From: Heterodontus francisci
Taxonomy: Eukaryota
Reading direction: 5' to 3'
DNA length: 64,000 nucleotides
NCBI RefSeq assembly: GCF_036365525.1
Contig: NC_090393.1
Span: 22,063,804 to 22,127,803 of the forward strand
In this document: positions 63,336-64,000 of the stretch, in pieces
How positions within the stretch are numbered: position 1 is the stretch's first letter
Layout: the number at the start of each line of letters is the position of its first letter
Notes under the pieces: model-generated
Databases searched by the model: none
What the model saw: only the letters and a program-made list of their open reading frames with translations
What the model was told of the DNA's origin: nothing
Program-made: the position numbers and the translations under genes

Positions 63336-63769
63336 GCTGCAGCCGATCTGCCCAGTGAAGCAAACCAAACTTACCCCAGTCCCAGCTCCATGTCTTCAGC
63401 TGGGATGCTGTTCCAGCCCTGGCCATCACTCCCAGTGGCGCTTCTGGGACTAAGAGCTGCTGGCCCAATGATTGGGTGGAAATCCCACCTCTGAACAGTT
63501 GCAGCCAGGGGCCCATAAAATGCGGCCTAGATTCCCAGGCTGGGCGGATGCGGGATCGCCACCGACTTTTAGATTGCGGGCCAGCTCCCATCTACCCGTA
63601 GTAAAATCCAGCCCTTGGTAAATGTCAGATTGTTAGTCAGCAGGGAGAAAAGACCTTTACCTCATTTGGATTGGGATCGATTTAAACTTTGGTTCCAAAG
63701 CTCAATGTCTAACATAATAAATTAATTAGTTCCCCACCTTTTCTTGCTAATATGCCACTATATCTTAAC

Positions 63770-64000
63770 ACGAGGCTTGTATTCCTTTGAATATGGAAGA
63801 TTAAGGGGTGATCTAATTGAGGTGTTTAAGAAGATCAAAAGATATGCTGGAGAGAAACTATTTCCTCTGGTTCGGGAGTCCAGAAAAAGGGGGCAAAGCC
63901 TTAAAATTAGAACTAGGCTGTTTAGGGTGATCTCAGAAAGCACTTCTTCACACACTGTCTGGTGGAAATCTGGAACACTGATGCCAACCGCCCCTCCTCC
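63770..64000 (+). mobile_element. CR1 3' fragment
   Basis: GLYSFEYGRLRGDLIEVFK..GEKLFPLVRESRKRG. Confidence 0.8.

Larger units (their letters stand above)
59481..63614. mobile_element. Harbinger-type MITE inflated to ~4.1 kb by an internal simple-repeat expansion
   Basis: Left GGCCAGAATTTTAC and right GTAAAATCCAGCCC (11/14 inverted match); TTG on both sides (59478-59480, 63615-63617). Confidence 0.7.

Noticed and set aside
59638-63453. Several >1100-aa Pro-rich or Gly/Arg/Glu-rich ORFs on both strands
   Set aside because: Artefacts of a stop-free C/T simple-repeat array that spans an N gap

Overview
Repeat-rich vertebrate genomic DNA, most likely a cartilaginous fish (shark-type V-SINE/HE1-like and DeuSINE/SacSINE1-like SINEs, many CR1 and L2 LINEs). 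Two host genes are supported, both on the + strand. One is an intronless acylphosphatase-1 ORF (7313-7618) in a CpG-island promoter. The other is a four-coding-exon TMEM17 (tmem17a-like) ciliary transition-zone gene (14776/14800-18931). The most interesting signal is a strong splice donor 125 nt after the ACYP1 stop codon, combined with a promoter made of three tandem ETS + RFX X-box (+GC-box) units. Together these suggest ACYP1 lies in the first exon of the TMEM17 transcription unit (shared ciliary promoter, possibly a bicistronic or alternatively polyadenylated mRNA). This is inference and needs RNA evidence. Other points of interest: a 3-nt/42-nt microexon signature just after the TMEM17 poly(A) signal; ~103-bp TSD-flanked mini-elements headed by a degenerate minimal hammerhead ribozyme; a decayed two-gene Harbinger transposon with related MITEs, one holding a ~3.7-kb C-rich expansion with an assembly gap; a solo LTR; a hAT MITE; a young CR1 with an open RT ORF; and Tx1 and RTE fragments. 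Repeat family names come from recall of consensus features, not database searches, and repeat boundaries are approximate unless TSDs/TIRs are cited.
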